DNA from: Antedon mediterranea | Taxonomy: Eukaryota; Animalia; Echinodermata | Reading direction: 5' to 3' | Assembly (NCBI RefSeq): GCF_964355755.1 | Contig: NC_092675.1 | Span: 27,128,912 to 27,192,911 of the forward strand | Length of the DNA: 64,000 bases | Part shown: piece after piece, positions 53,501-64,000 of the stretch | Numbering within the stretch: position 1 is the stretch's first letter | Layout of the letters: every line of letters starts with the position of its first letter | Made by a program: the position numbers and the translations under genes | Notes under the pieces: generated by a model | The model's database searches: none | What the model saw: the letters and a program-made list of their open reading frames with translations, nothing else | Told to the model about the DNA's origin: nothing

Positions 53501-56108
53501 CAGATTACTGGCTTCACTTTATATGTTTCCATAATGTGTTCGATCCAAAACCGGGTAATAATATGTACACCGCTTAGAGGTTTCAAAAAATTAGACGCTT
53601 TATCAATCCAGGATATTATACTATTATTACTGTAGGCTAAGCTATATCTTTATGGTCTTTGAACTAAAGATGTACACACCTTACTTAAGCTGTTGATAAG
53701 AGGATGCAACAATTCTTCTTTCAATGTTGCCTTAGCTACCAACTGGCACATCACCATGTATGATGCCGCCTTGTAATCCACCATCTTGGATTTCAGGCCT
53801 TTTAACAGGTATGGAATAAGTGTGGAGACATGATTCTCAGTGACTATGCGAAGGTTCTCTAAAGCTCCGACAAATGTAGAGGCATAGAATCCAATTACTA
53901 CTCTCAGTAAATTAGACTTGTTATCTGTAGTAGGAGTAGTATGAGCCTAGAAAAAATATCAATTGTTGTTATAACTTGGAAAAATCAGCAGAAGCCCTGC
54001 ATATCATTACATTCCTTGTATACACGGAAATAACACATACTCTTGATACTTCTCAGGAGTAAATTGTCTGTAGTGAAGTAAGGTTGAAGTAACTTAATAC
54101 AAAGTACGTCTTCATGGGTGCTACCCAAGGCTTACACCAAACAAACTGCTACTTCAGAGCTTATTTGCAACTGAACATTCTGTGTAATGCCAAGTAACAG
54201 TCAACATTTGTATTGTAGGGGGGCCTCATGAGACAAGCTATTGCTTCTAGTGTGGGCCCCGGTTGTTGTTGTTATAATAACTGAATAAATGTATATGAAG
54301 TAACATACCTTAATTGTTTTGAGAAGAATATCACCCACAAACTTTAAAAAGCTAATATTACTGCAGCATTGGTTTAGAAGTACTGTCCTAGACAAAGGGA
54401 CACCTGCAGTCTATAAAATCAATTAAAAACAGAATATTTATAAATATATAAGAATTAGGTGTTTAATATCATGGGAAATACAGTACTACTACGGTGATGT
54501 ATGCTATAAGTTATCTTGTTTTGTCATGGCTAAAAAATTGTTTTGTTTTAATTATGTTTCCAACAATCTTTAAGACTTAACGTTAATCCTGAAAAGTCTG
54601 AGAATTATTATTATCTACATGTTTAAAAAAAATAGACTAAAGCAGTAATTGCACTGGACTTTTTTTGGTAAGACTTATCATGGAGGTATTATTAACCGAA
54701 TAGTAAGTTTTACCATAAGAAGTTCTATTCTGTGCAAACAGCCTAGTAACTTGACTCGAGACTAATTGAGCTGCCTGGTAAGATTCAACAATCTTGCTTG
54801 CCTAGTAAAACATTAAAGGACTGTTCCACCTAGAGAGTGTAACACTTTCACTCTGCGAAACTTTCTGAGTCACAAACAAGAATATTGAGTCAAAAAGTCA
54901 CTTTTTTAAACAGGGAAAATAACCACTCACCATTTTTTTTTTTTTTTTTTATTTATTCAATTTCTGCCTTATACATAACAACGAAGACAAAACAATTATA
55001 AAAGGAGGCACGGAAAGACCAAACAGGTGCTAAACACCTATGCTAGTTGGTCAACTTACTTGTAGTGGTTGCAGCCAGTGCCAATGACTTGTTGGGTCTG
55101 TGATGTCTATCAACTGTAGAATACGTACAAAGATGTTTGTTTCATAGTAAGGCAGGATACACCGCATTAAACCTTCAATGTTGTAATGATACACATGAAA
55201 TCTGAAATTAAATATCAAAATTGATAAAATAAAAATTGGATTTGTTAATGTCTACCTATCATGCTAGTGAGAACACTAATGTTAACCACAATTGATTTCA
55301 TTCATTTCTTTATTTTGGATAGTACATCCACATCCAAAAAACAAGAAGAGAAACAATTACACCAGAAAATAAACAATATAAAGCAACTTCCACAAAACCA
55401 ACCTATAATATCCTAAAAAAAACAATTTGCACCAACGCTGATGTAGGTTGGATTGTGGAAGTACGGTAATTATGGTTTGAATCAGACTAATTGCAACTGT
55501 CATGAATTCTGTTCATAAAACTATGTATAGTTCCTCCAATATTCATAGGAAGAGGGAACATTATTCGTTACAAATGTCATACTAAAAACACACCTATGAA
55601 CAAGCCACTCCAAGGCCTTATGGGCCTGTTTCAATGGCAGATATGGTATCAGTCTTAGCAGGAACTGATTAATCTTTTCATCAAGGCTCTCATTAAACTC
55701 CTTCGACTGCACCGATCTCTCAAGAGACTTTGATGCTTCATCAAACAAAGTAGCCTCAAACTCCTCAAAACTGCCATCTAGATTTACTAACTCTTGCAGC
55801 CCATTGATACCTGAGGGAAAAAACAATAACTCAATTTTGTAAACGGCACTGCATCAGTGTAGCTCTACATACAAACTTTTCGGGCAGTTTAGTTTATAGC
55901 TTAGTATAATAATGGGTAATATTAGGCAGTGTGTGCCGGCTTTAAGACATCAAATGTTATTACCTATGTCATAGAAAGTCTCTCTGTCTAGCCGTGCTGC
56001 TTCGTTCGGGTCAAAGAGAAGGGACTTTCGTTGCGGATCCTCTCGTAGCTGTACAGCCTCTGTTTGCGGACGGGCTAGTTGCTTCAACTGAGTGGCTAAA
56101 GATGTCAT
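32509..56108 (-). CDS. HEATR1: HEAT repeat-containing protein 1 (UTP10/BAP28), multi-exon
   Basis: N-terminus MTSLATQLKQLARP..KSLLFDPNEAA..GINGLQEL..SLERSVQSKEFN..HKALEWLVHR; internal LRVFVDALPHVPEHR and RLSEVSFRPMFLKLYNWA; C-terminus LLPETLPFLSELLEDE..QCQKVIGELENTLGEPLQKYF*. Dozens of GT-AG exons lie between. Confidence 0.96.
33143..33297. mobile_element. Penelope-derived repeat with degenerate hammerhead and inverted ends
   Basis: Shares tttgcatggcgaaatcaaatgttgatat..ggtacaccac with 7910-8035; the minus strand reads ctaagga-caatcaa-agcata-ttgatt-GAAAC-GTC. Confidence 0.55.
35553..35845. mobile_element. MITE (PIF/Harbinger-like)
   Basis: Imperfect TIR agccgattttccactaggcgaattt / aaatttgcctggtggaaaatcggct. 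Confidence 0.75.
37613..38226. mobile_element. PIF/Harbinger-like MITE with CTCCGGAG subterminal repeats
   Basis: TIR tacccctttcacaccaaaa, 3-bp flanks ttt/tta. It interrupts a repeat whose empty form is at 14110-14256. Confidence 0.85.
38724..38985 (+). mobile_element. tRNA-derived SINE (second family)
   Basis: A-box-like gtggtcaagcggttaag, gataaggactaataaaccg and an (AAT)n tail. Related fragments at ~19345-19493, 49980-50030, 62430-62520 and 63845-63960. Confidence 0.55.
39329..40024 (+). mobile_element. HINE/DINE-1-like non-autonomous Helentron
   Basis: Subterminal inverted repeats acctccgcc/ggcggaggt, (GTTT/GTCT)n microsatellite, 3' hairpin cactctcagagtg, ends in ctagtt. Confidence 0.8.
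42714..43069. repeat. Long imperfect inverted repeat (foldback MITE)
   Basis: taacgatcgacgataaata...tatttatcgtcgatcgtta, with paired internal arms (ttctagaactata/tatagttctagaa; tccaatcaaatgacgtcatga/tcatgacgtcatttgattgga). Confidence 0.85.
52096..52266. mobile_element. Full-length copy of the high-copy MITE
   Basis: agctctgtctacactatcaaact...agtttgatagtgtagacagagct. Confidence 0.9.
52824..52975. mobile_element. High-copy MITE with TTA TSD nested in another MITE (~52684-52993)
   Basis: gcgtc-TTA-[agctctg...cagagtt]-TTA-gtgggaacc. The host family also occurs at ~5025-5225 and ~25700-25840. Confidence 0.85.
53357..53620 (+). mobile_element. tRNA-derived SINE
   Basis: Degenerate A/B boxes, tattcttagacaagatactttac, and tail cgcttagaggtttca..aatccaggatatta shared with 17105-17350. 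Confidence 0.65.
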
Positions 56109-56699
56109 TTTTCTTTTAACCTGAAAAGAAATTTTATTATTGCCATAAAACAAAAAACATGTAATCGAAAAACAAAACCGAGCAAGTACAGTTAGCCAGA
56201 AACTTAATCACTATTATTATTAATTAATAATAGGCTATTATTCAATAAAAAATACTTCACATGGCACAATTTGAATTAAATTAAAGTTGTTGCGGACCAT
56301 GTCACATGCCGTTTAAGCTCTGGCTCAGGACTCCATCTAGGTCTTCTTTCAAGAGAGGGCCATTCTAGCTTTATTATAGTAAAGTACTACAAGTACAAAA
56401 CTATTCACTGTCTGTGACTAGGATGGATCTAATTACAGTACCCTCCTCCATTGCTGGGGGTATAGGATAGGCCAGTAGTAGCCTAGCTAGTAGCATTGTT
56501 GCAGTGTTATCAATAATGCAACTCAACTGCATGCTGCTGTTGTGCTTGTTTTATGTTGATTGCCAATTTACGTGAATACTGAATACAATAAATAAATAGC
56601 TTTTTCTGAGTACAAACCAATTGACAACATGTAATTATTATAAATATTATAAATGCTTAGTTTTTATAAATGAACACTACAAATGAAATGCCATCCTAC

Positions 56700-57193
56700 C
56701 TTATTAGGGCCTACTTATTATTGCGAGAACCACATGTCACATGTGTGTCGATCAACAACGTGTTTTGGGGGATGCCCTCACGACCAACAATAGTAATGAA
56801 AATAACTTTCAAAACATTCTTGTTTCAGCTTTTTCTCTATAGAAAAACACTATCCCAGTAATAATAATAATATAAAAACATTTCTATATTACTAATTTAT
56901 AAACAATAATTAATAAATGTCTGATGTTTATCTTAAAATAAGTAAATAAATAAAATTATTTTTAAAATGGGAATAAATGAATAGGGGCCTAGGCTAGTAG
57001 TAGGCCTAGCTAGCTGGGCCTAGGCTATAATAGTCTATAGTATAGAGGGCGTACAACCGGATAACGTCATTCTCAATTAATGGCTGCCTTCTAGAAAATT
57101 TGAGATTCATCATTCGTATCATTGACACATTTTTAGTATTTATACACAAAGCATCACTTTATTTGTGAACTGTTTCTGTTTGATTTACTCATA
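56700..57193. promoter_or_regulatory. Divergent (bidirectional) promoter region HEATR1/RAD23
   Basis: The start codons are ~1.1 kb apart on opposite strands. A candidate HEATR1 5'UTR exon donor lies at ~56699 (AG|GTAGG) and a TAGGCCTA/CTAG cluster at 56985-57025. Confidence 0.6.
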
Positions 57194-60100
57194 ATGCTTA
57201 TAACAATTAAAACGTTACAACAAGTAACTTTCAAGATAGATATTGAGGAAACATGTTCGGTAAGTTCGTAATGACTAAGTTAGGCCCCCAACTTTTACGA
57301 CCTGTGCTGTGCCGCGAGGGAAGTGGGCACACTGTGTAGTGTGGGAAGTCAAACGAGGTGTGCATGTGCTTGTGAATTTTGGCCTAGAAAAATAATTAAT
57401 GTTGAGTTACTTCTTGATTCATTCTTTTTAATTTGCCTTAGACTTAGACCTATACTATCCCAAATCTAGGTAGGGCCTGGCCCTAGGTAGCTAGCCTATA
57501 GATAGGAGGTAAAATGAAATACGAGCAAATGCAGTTACTGTGTAGAACCTCCTACAGTTATCACTGGCAACATCTTTGTTATCCCTGTCGGTGTCAGTCT
57601 TCCGAACAAGTTTCATTTCTATGTAATTGGTTTTTCAGGTTAAAGAATTAAAAGAGAAAATAGAAAATGAAAAGGGTAAAGATGGTTTTCCAGCAAATGG
57701 ACAGAAACTGATTTATGCCGGTACGTTACTGCTCACTTAACATTCATTTTATATGTTTAATTTTGTTCAGTTTTCCAACTTTCGCCTAGAATAAAGTACT
57801 GTAGATAATCAGGTTATTAGTATTTTTATATCGAATTTATTTCTTTTGTTTTAGGTAAAATTTTGAGTGATGATGTAGAGCTTAAAGAATATAATATAGT
57901 TCCTGAAAATTTTGTAGTTGTTATGGTAACTAAGGTAAGGATTTGCTTATAAAATAATTTATTCTTCAACTTGTATTGTGTAGTTGGTGCTATAGCATGG
58001 TGACTAATATGCCTTCAAATCCCAAGGTCAACGGTTCAATCCTGAGCTAGATCCACACTGTTTCAACTCGACTCCCTCAGACTCCAATGAGAAGTTTATA
58101 AACAGAGTGTATGCGCGCCTCAGTAGTTTATATTATCCCGTGAATTGGAGAGTTACTTGCTGTTAAAAAATCATGGTTTATTAATGTTATTCTGTATTTA
58201 GCAGGCTAAAGCAAGTACACCTGCCCCAGCACCAACCCCGGCAGCTACCTCTGCTCCCCCAGCAGCAGCTGCACCAGCAGCCACACCAGTAGCCACACCA
58301 GCCTCTGATACAAAAGAAACAAGTAAGCCACAAGAAGAAACAAAAAAAACTGAAACAACTCCAGCAAGGTAAATATTAAGTTGCAGTGGTCACCACATTC
58401 ATTCTTTGACTAAAAATTCTCCTGACTACCAGGGGAAATCTATAAATACAGTCAACTCTCCCAATACCGGACTCTCCCAAAACCGGAATTCACGAAAAAC
58501 CGGACTTTTTTGGAGGGCCCAATTTTTCCCTATTCTAAATGTACTGTAATTTATTAAGAAAACCGGAATACCCAATTCCGGAATCCGGACAAATTATGAA
58601 GTACAAAACACGAAAATTAGCGTCTGAAAACCGGACTGACAGTTAAAAAACTCCAAATATTTACAAAAACAACGTAACATAGTCGTCGCTCACTCGGATT
58701 CAATACATTCACAATGTACAAAAGCTTTTAACCATACCCTGACCATGCATGAAGTGCGCGACGTTTCGCGGTACGATCAAATAATGTTGCCATGGAGCGC
58801 TACACTGTGATTGACAGGTCAGTTTATTGTTAACCCACGAGGCGGCAATTGCTTTGTTGCGTATCGAACTGCGGTGGGCTAGGGCTTTTTCACATCGAAG
58901 CGCTATGTCTTAATGTCTATTAACAGGGAGTTGTTAACAACTCCCTGTTTTTTAGCATATGAATTGTTTTTTAATAAAGTTCAATTTACATTCCACTTTG
59001 TGTCTTTGTTTTGTTTAAATTATTGTTAAATTCAAAATTGCAATATGACTTTAAAAAGGAATGTTTCACTAAAAATGTGCATCCATTATAAATTTGGAAA
59101 TCATTATGGCAAAACGTAAACGGAATGAACTTGACTTAACTAGTGTTAATAAACTTTGAAATGTTACCAATTAATTATTGTGTCATTATTGCTTGGCTCG
59201 TTTACCTAATCAATTTTCATCATTGCTATCAAATTACGTCAAAATAAAGGAGCTTAAAAAGCATGTGGTGTAGGTGTGGGCGTTTTTATTTGATTATGAC
59301 ACCTCTGCACATGCGCATCAATCAAAGCCCCGCTTTGCTATTTTTATCACCCATGCTGCTGCTGCTAGCTAGCTCACGAAAAACAATAAACAGACCGAAA
59401 TTATGTTCACCGTACGTACGTAGGCCTTTTTGCCGTTAAAAACACATTGAGAAACAATAATTTACTATTGTAACATGTTTTATTGGTACAGTAAATAATG
59501 TAACTTTTAAAAAAGGTAAATTGAATTAGCTTAATAATAAATATTAATAAAGTAGGCCTAGGCCTATCAGTATTTATTTAATTAAAACTAGCTTGACACA
59601 ATCATAGCCTAGGCCTTCCCTACGCTAGACCGTACCGGGCAGCATTCGGACCGGTGATTCAAAGCATTTTCAGTGACAAGTGACAAATATGTTTTCAGGA
59701 AACCGGACTTTCGAAAAACCGGAAAATATATGCCCGCCCAAGGGTGTCCGGTATTGGGAGAGTTGACTGTAGTTATATCATTAGGTATACTTATAATTAT
59801 TATTTATGGGAAATACCTCGCTTAAGTGTGAATAGTAATTATGGCTGGAGGTCACATTATAATGTATCATACAATTGCTTTTTTTAATCAAAAGATGTCT
59901 GTATTTAATAGAAATCGTTCGTAATCGTATTGTTTTTCAGCGATCCTAGCCCGCCCTCTGAATCAACTGATGCACCAGCTGAAGGCGCGAGTGCAAGCAC
60001 GTTGTCACAAGCAGAATCCGCTTTAGTTATCGGTGCCGAGTATGAACATATGGTATCACAATTGATGGCAATGGGCTTTGGTCGAGACAAGGTTATTCTA

Positions 60101-62852
60101 GCACTTCGAGCAAGTTTCAACAATCCAGACAGGGCTACAGAATATCTTTTGAGTGTAAGATAACATACAGTTTTCTTTACTACTTGTTGCAACTTCTCAT
60201 ATTATATCTGATAAATAATGACTAAACTAAAATTGTTAAATATTAGGGAATTCCAGAAAGTGTAACAAGGGAAATGAATGCCACAGCTGCTGCGGCTGCA
60301 GAAGCCCAGTCAGCTGCTGCACAGGGAGGACAGCCAGCAACAGACCAAACACCAGCAAGGGCACCTCCAGCAGCTGTCCCTGCTGCTACAGGCCAACCGG
60401 TAGCAGTGCCACCAGCTCAATTCCCTGCTGGACAGGAAGCCTCAAGTGCAGGTATGTTGTTATTAAAAAATAATGTAATTATTAAACTTTTTGCGATAAA
60501 TTTTTCCATACATTTTTAGTTGTCTTAGTAAATTAAATAGTTATTGATACTTAATTTCTGTAACATAAAATATTGGATCAACTTTTTTTGGCAAAAACAG
60601 TTCTTTATGAATAAACATTACATTTATACTTGTAACTAAATGCAAATCTTTTTATCATAATGTAGTATATTTATGTAAACACTTATATCTGTCTACACTA
60701 TCAAACTTGTGCTGGTGATATCCCCAAATATGGTAGTGATATGACATCATCATCTCCATATATGGGCACATCTTATTTTTTTGTCACATAAAATTTGATA
60801 GTGTAGACAGAGCTCTATTGTATGTTTATGTATGTTTACTTTGTAGAAGATCCATTAGGCTTTTTACGACTTCAACCAGAATTTCAACAAATGAGGCAAA
60901 TGTTGCGGCAAAACCCAAACCTATTGCCGGCACTTTTACAACAGCTAGGACAATCAAATCCCCCTCTCTTACAGGTACCACACAATTTCTTTTACTGATT
61001 CACTTGCAATTACAAATGTAGAAAAACGGTTTACTGTCACTTTTACTGTAAATACAGTTAACCCTCCTTTGAGACATCCCAATTAAAACACTTTCCCATG
61101 AAATGAAATAGGGGAAAATAAAACTGACCAACCACTATTAAAGTTAAAGATGTATTGTCCCCCTGAAAAAATACCGTAAAACCTCGAAAAGAAGCCCATG
61201 GGCTTAAACCTCGAGAAGAAGCCCATCTCGAAAAGAAGCCCCCCTCTACAGTTTATAAAAGTACTCGAAAAGAAGCCCATCTCGAAATGAAGCCCCCTGG
61301 GCTTCTTTTCAAGATAGTATGGGCTTCTTTTCGAGATAGATTACTATACTGTATTAAGAATGTAGGTTTATTAACTGAACGTCAAAGGAACAGAAATAAA
61401 CAATACAAACACCTGATTAAGAGTTACTGTAGTAGGATAATTTAATGCCAGATACTTGTGATGCAGACTGATGATAATAATGAATATGTATGATCGAGTT
61501 TATCATACATTTATTTTACAGTTTATTGTCGTCCAAATGGTGCTTTGATCGATCTTGTATCTTTTTCTTGTCTGCTTTGTTGGCAAATATGTAAAATCGG
61601 CAGGGAATTTTCACAAATGATTGTATTTGACGGTGAATCATAGGACTGTTTTTTTTGCTTTTTATATTGTTTTTAATTGGTATATTTAACATAATTTCAT
61701 GATTGAAAAAAATGTCTCAAAAGTCATATTATTGTAGTAGAAATTCACAAAATTTACAGCATGCATTTCGAAAAGAAGCCCCCCTCTACAGTTTGCAAAA
61801 GTACTCTCGAAAAGAAGCCCATCTCGAAAAGAAGCCCACCCAAGAGCACTAAAAAAAGAAGAAGCCCATGGGCTTCTTTTCGAGGTTTTACGGTAATTCT
61901 TTAAAAAATTTGTGTTGAATATACCATTTTAAAGTAACATAATAAGTATCCACTTTGACTAAAAATTGGATCGAAAAAAAATGTATTACGAATTTACCTG
62001 AAAAAACTGTATTACCTGAAAAAACTGTATTTAAAGCAAAAAATGGTCAAATTGATTAATTAATCTTCATTTTTCAAGTTTTTGGGGGGATAACACATCT
62101 TTTAATGTCTGTTTTAATGCTTTGATTACACACACTATATTGCGTAAGTATTGTTCACAAAAATCTTTACTAATGATATTTAAATGTCTTTTGACAGCTT
62201 ATTAATCAACATCAACAAAGTTTTATTGAGCTTCTGAACGAGCAAGAGAGTACAGGGGTACCTGTGAGTGCAGGAGGCGGGGGAACTGGGACGGGAACAG
62301 GGGGTGGAAGAGGTGCCAGGCAGCCTGCACAAGTTGCAATACAAATTACACCAGAAGAAAGGGAAGCCATAGATAGGGTAAGTACACACAATCAAAGTTC
62401 CATAATAGCTGTAACAGGTTTAAGTCTCTCCTTGAATGTACTGGAAGTCCAGTGTACCCAAGTTGGTGTGCACTTTAAAGAACCCAGTGCATCTTTAACA
62501 AAAGAAGGTTGTGACCCCATTGTGGACACATGAATGCGCACTATTTGGTGTATTTGGTATATTTAGGCATATCACTACCATATTTGGGCACATCACACTT
62601 TTTTTGTCAAACTAGTTTGATAGTGTAGACAGAGATTTAGGCAAGATGCACATTGAGATGGTAATACTGTAATAAAAACACATTATAAATTGTATCCAAA
62701 ATAACTTTCAAACTCTTGCTATTGTTGTTTTACAGTTGAAACAATTAGGTTTCTCGGAAAATGATGTCATCCAAGCGTACTTTGCCTGCGAGAAAAACGA
62801 AAACTTAGCAGCAAACTTTTTGCTTCAGCCGGATGATTCAGACGATGCTTAG
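57194..62852 (+). CDS. RAD23: UV excision repair protein RAD23 homolog (UBL-UBA-XPC-binding-UBA)
   Basis: Exons 57194-57259, 57639-57720, 57855-57934, 58202/58205-58368, 59941-60154, 60247-60451, 60847-60974, 62198-62377, 62736-62852. Translation: [28 protein letters not shown]; [27 protein letters not shown]; [17 protein letters not shown]; [29 protein letters not shown]. Confidence 0.97.
58449..59769. mobile_element. Non-autonomous pogo/Tigger-type (Tc1/mariner) element
   Basis: 24-bp TIR cagtcaactctcccaataccggac, TA TSD, internal remnant [11 protein letters not shown] at 59107. Confidence 0.9.
61148..62100. mobile_element. Kolobok-like (TTAA-flanked) MITE hosting the pogo-like MITE
   Basis: ttaa-agatgtattgtccccc ... 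gggggataacacatct-(t)ttaa; a related end occurs at ~31677. Confidence 0.6.
61174..61893. mobile_element. Tc1/mariner (pogo-like) MITE
   Basis: TIR ccgtaaaacctcgaaaagaagcccatgggct, TA TSD, many subterminal cgaaaagaagccc repeats. Confidence 0.88.
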
Positions 62853-64000
62853 AAGTGTTCAGTTATTGACAAACCTTGTTTTACAACTTGTCTCCAAATT
62901 CGCGATAACCACCAAGTATTCTTTAGACTTATACTGGCAAACTGATCAGACCATTTACAGCTTACCTGATTGTTATTAGGTGGTTAGTTGGAATAAAGAA
63001 AGAACAGCTTAATACTGTGTTGTGTTTAACAAAGGAAATGCCGTTTTATTTTTTTCTTCCTCAAACAGGTATTAAATTGTCTCTAGGAATAACAGTATAA
63101 ACACAGAAGCACAGTAGAACATACAATATACTTATCAAATGGATTTTATAATCTTTTTGTGGTTTATCAATCATTTACTAACTCTATAAGCTCAACAACA
63201 ACCAGTTACATAAATGCGGGTTAACAACTATTTAATATTTTATGAATAATACTGAATTATTGGATATTAATTATAGCAATATATAATTTTCACAGTGTGT
63301 TACAGTATAATAATCGCAGTACGCTGTTGGACAACACCAAGTATACACAGTGGTGCATCTCATTTCCTAAATTGATGGTACTTTCTTAGACTATATATAA
63401 CATAAGAATAAGTTATATAAATTAAAGCATTATTTTATCGAATAATTCTTTTTAATAAACTACAATGCTTTAAATTTCCCTTAAATATATGTGAAATGTG
63501 TTTTAAATGTTGGCAGCAGGGTGTTCATAGAGAGAGCATTTAGTATATCTATCTGTCATTTTTTTGTTGATATCTACACATTTTATTGTGTCCCAGTACG
63601 TTTTATGAAATAAAAGAAAACACAAAATTATTAATGATTTTGAACAATAAGAAGTTTTTGAATCCGTTTGTTTAAAGTGAGGTAATAATTATAGAATCAT
63701 TAACTTTGGTAATAAATAAACACTCCGGGTAATTTATTCCAAATTATGTTCTATTGGGCGGGGCTTCATTCAAGGGAGGTGTATTCAAAAAAATACGTTA
63801 ATCGACAGTTTCAAGGCTCTCTTCGATCATTGTTCTGTTTCTTCTCGGATAATGAGATCACAGTGTACAGATCTAGCTTGTGTGCACTTTAAAGAACCCA
63901 GTACAGTGCATCTTTCAAAATAAAAGGGAGTTACCCCGGTGTACAGGTCCATCTCAGCCCCTTAATTCATGGTAAACACTTCACTATGGCGTCCATAGAG

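Overview
AT-rich, intron-rich animal genomic DNA; the gene and repeat content suggests a marine invertebrate, possibly an echinoderm (inference only). I assembled five protein-coding genes by hand from GT-AG exons, most of which the ORF track misses. On the minus strand lie two tandem paralogous class I (gp130/Domeless-like) cytokine receptors: receptor A (<1-5918, no Ig domain, runs off the window) and receptor B (10490-23727, Ig-CBM-FN3-TM plus a ~680-aa tail). Immediately upstream, on the same strand, is a 204-aa secreted, furin-site-bearing Spaetzle/neurotrophin-like precursor (24825-26308). HEATR1/UTP10 (minus, 32509-56108) lies head-to-head with RAD23 (plus, 57194-62852). Introns and intergenic DNA are full of non-autonomous transposons (hAT, PIF/Harbinger-, pogo- and Kolobok-type MITEs, Helentron/HINE elements, SINEs), a 5'-truncated Penelope-like element with a hammerhead ribozyme, and tandem repeats. 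The best candidate novel system is the ligand-like gene plus two cytokine receptors, together with a minisatellite made of copies of a receptor B splice donor that could yield a soluble receptor.
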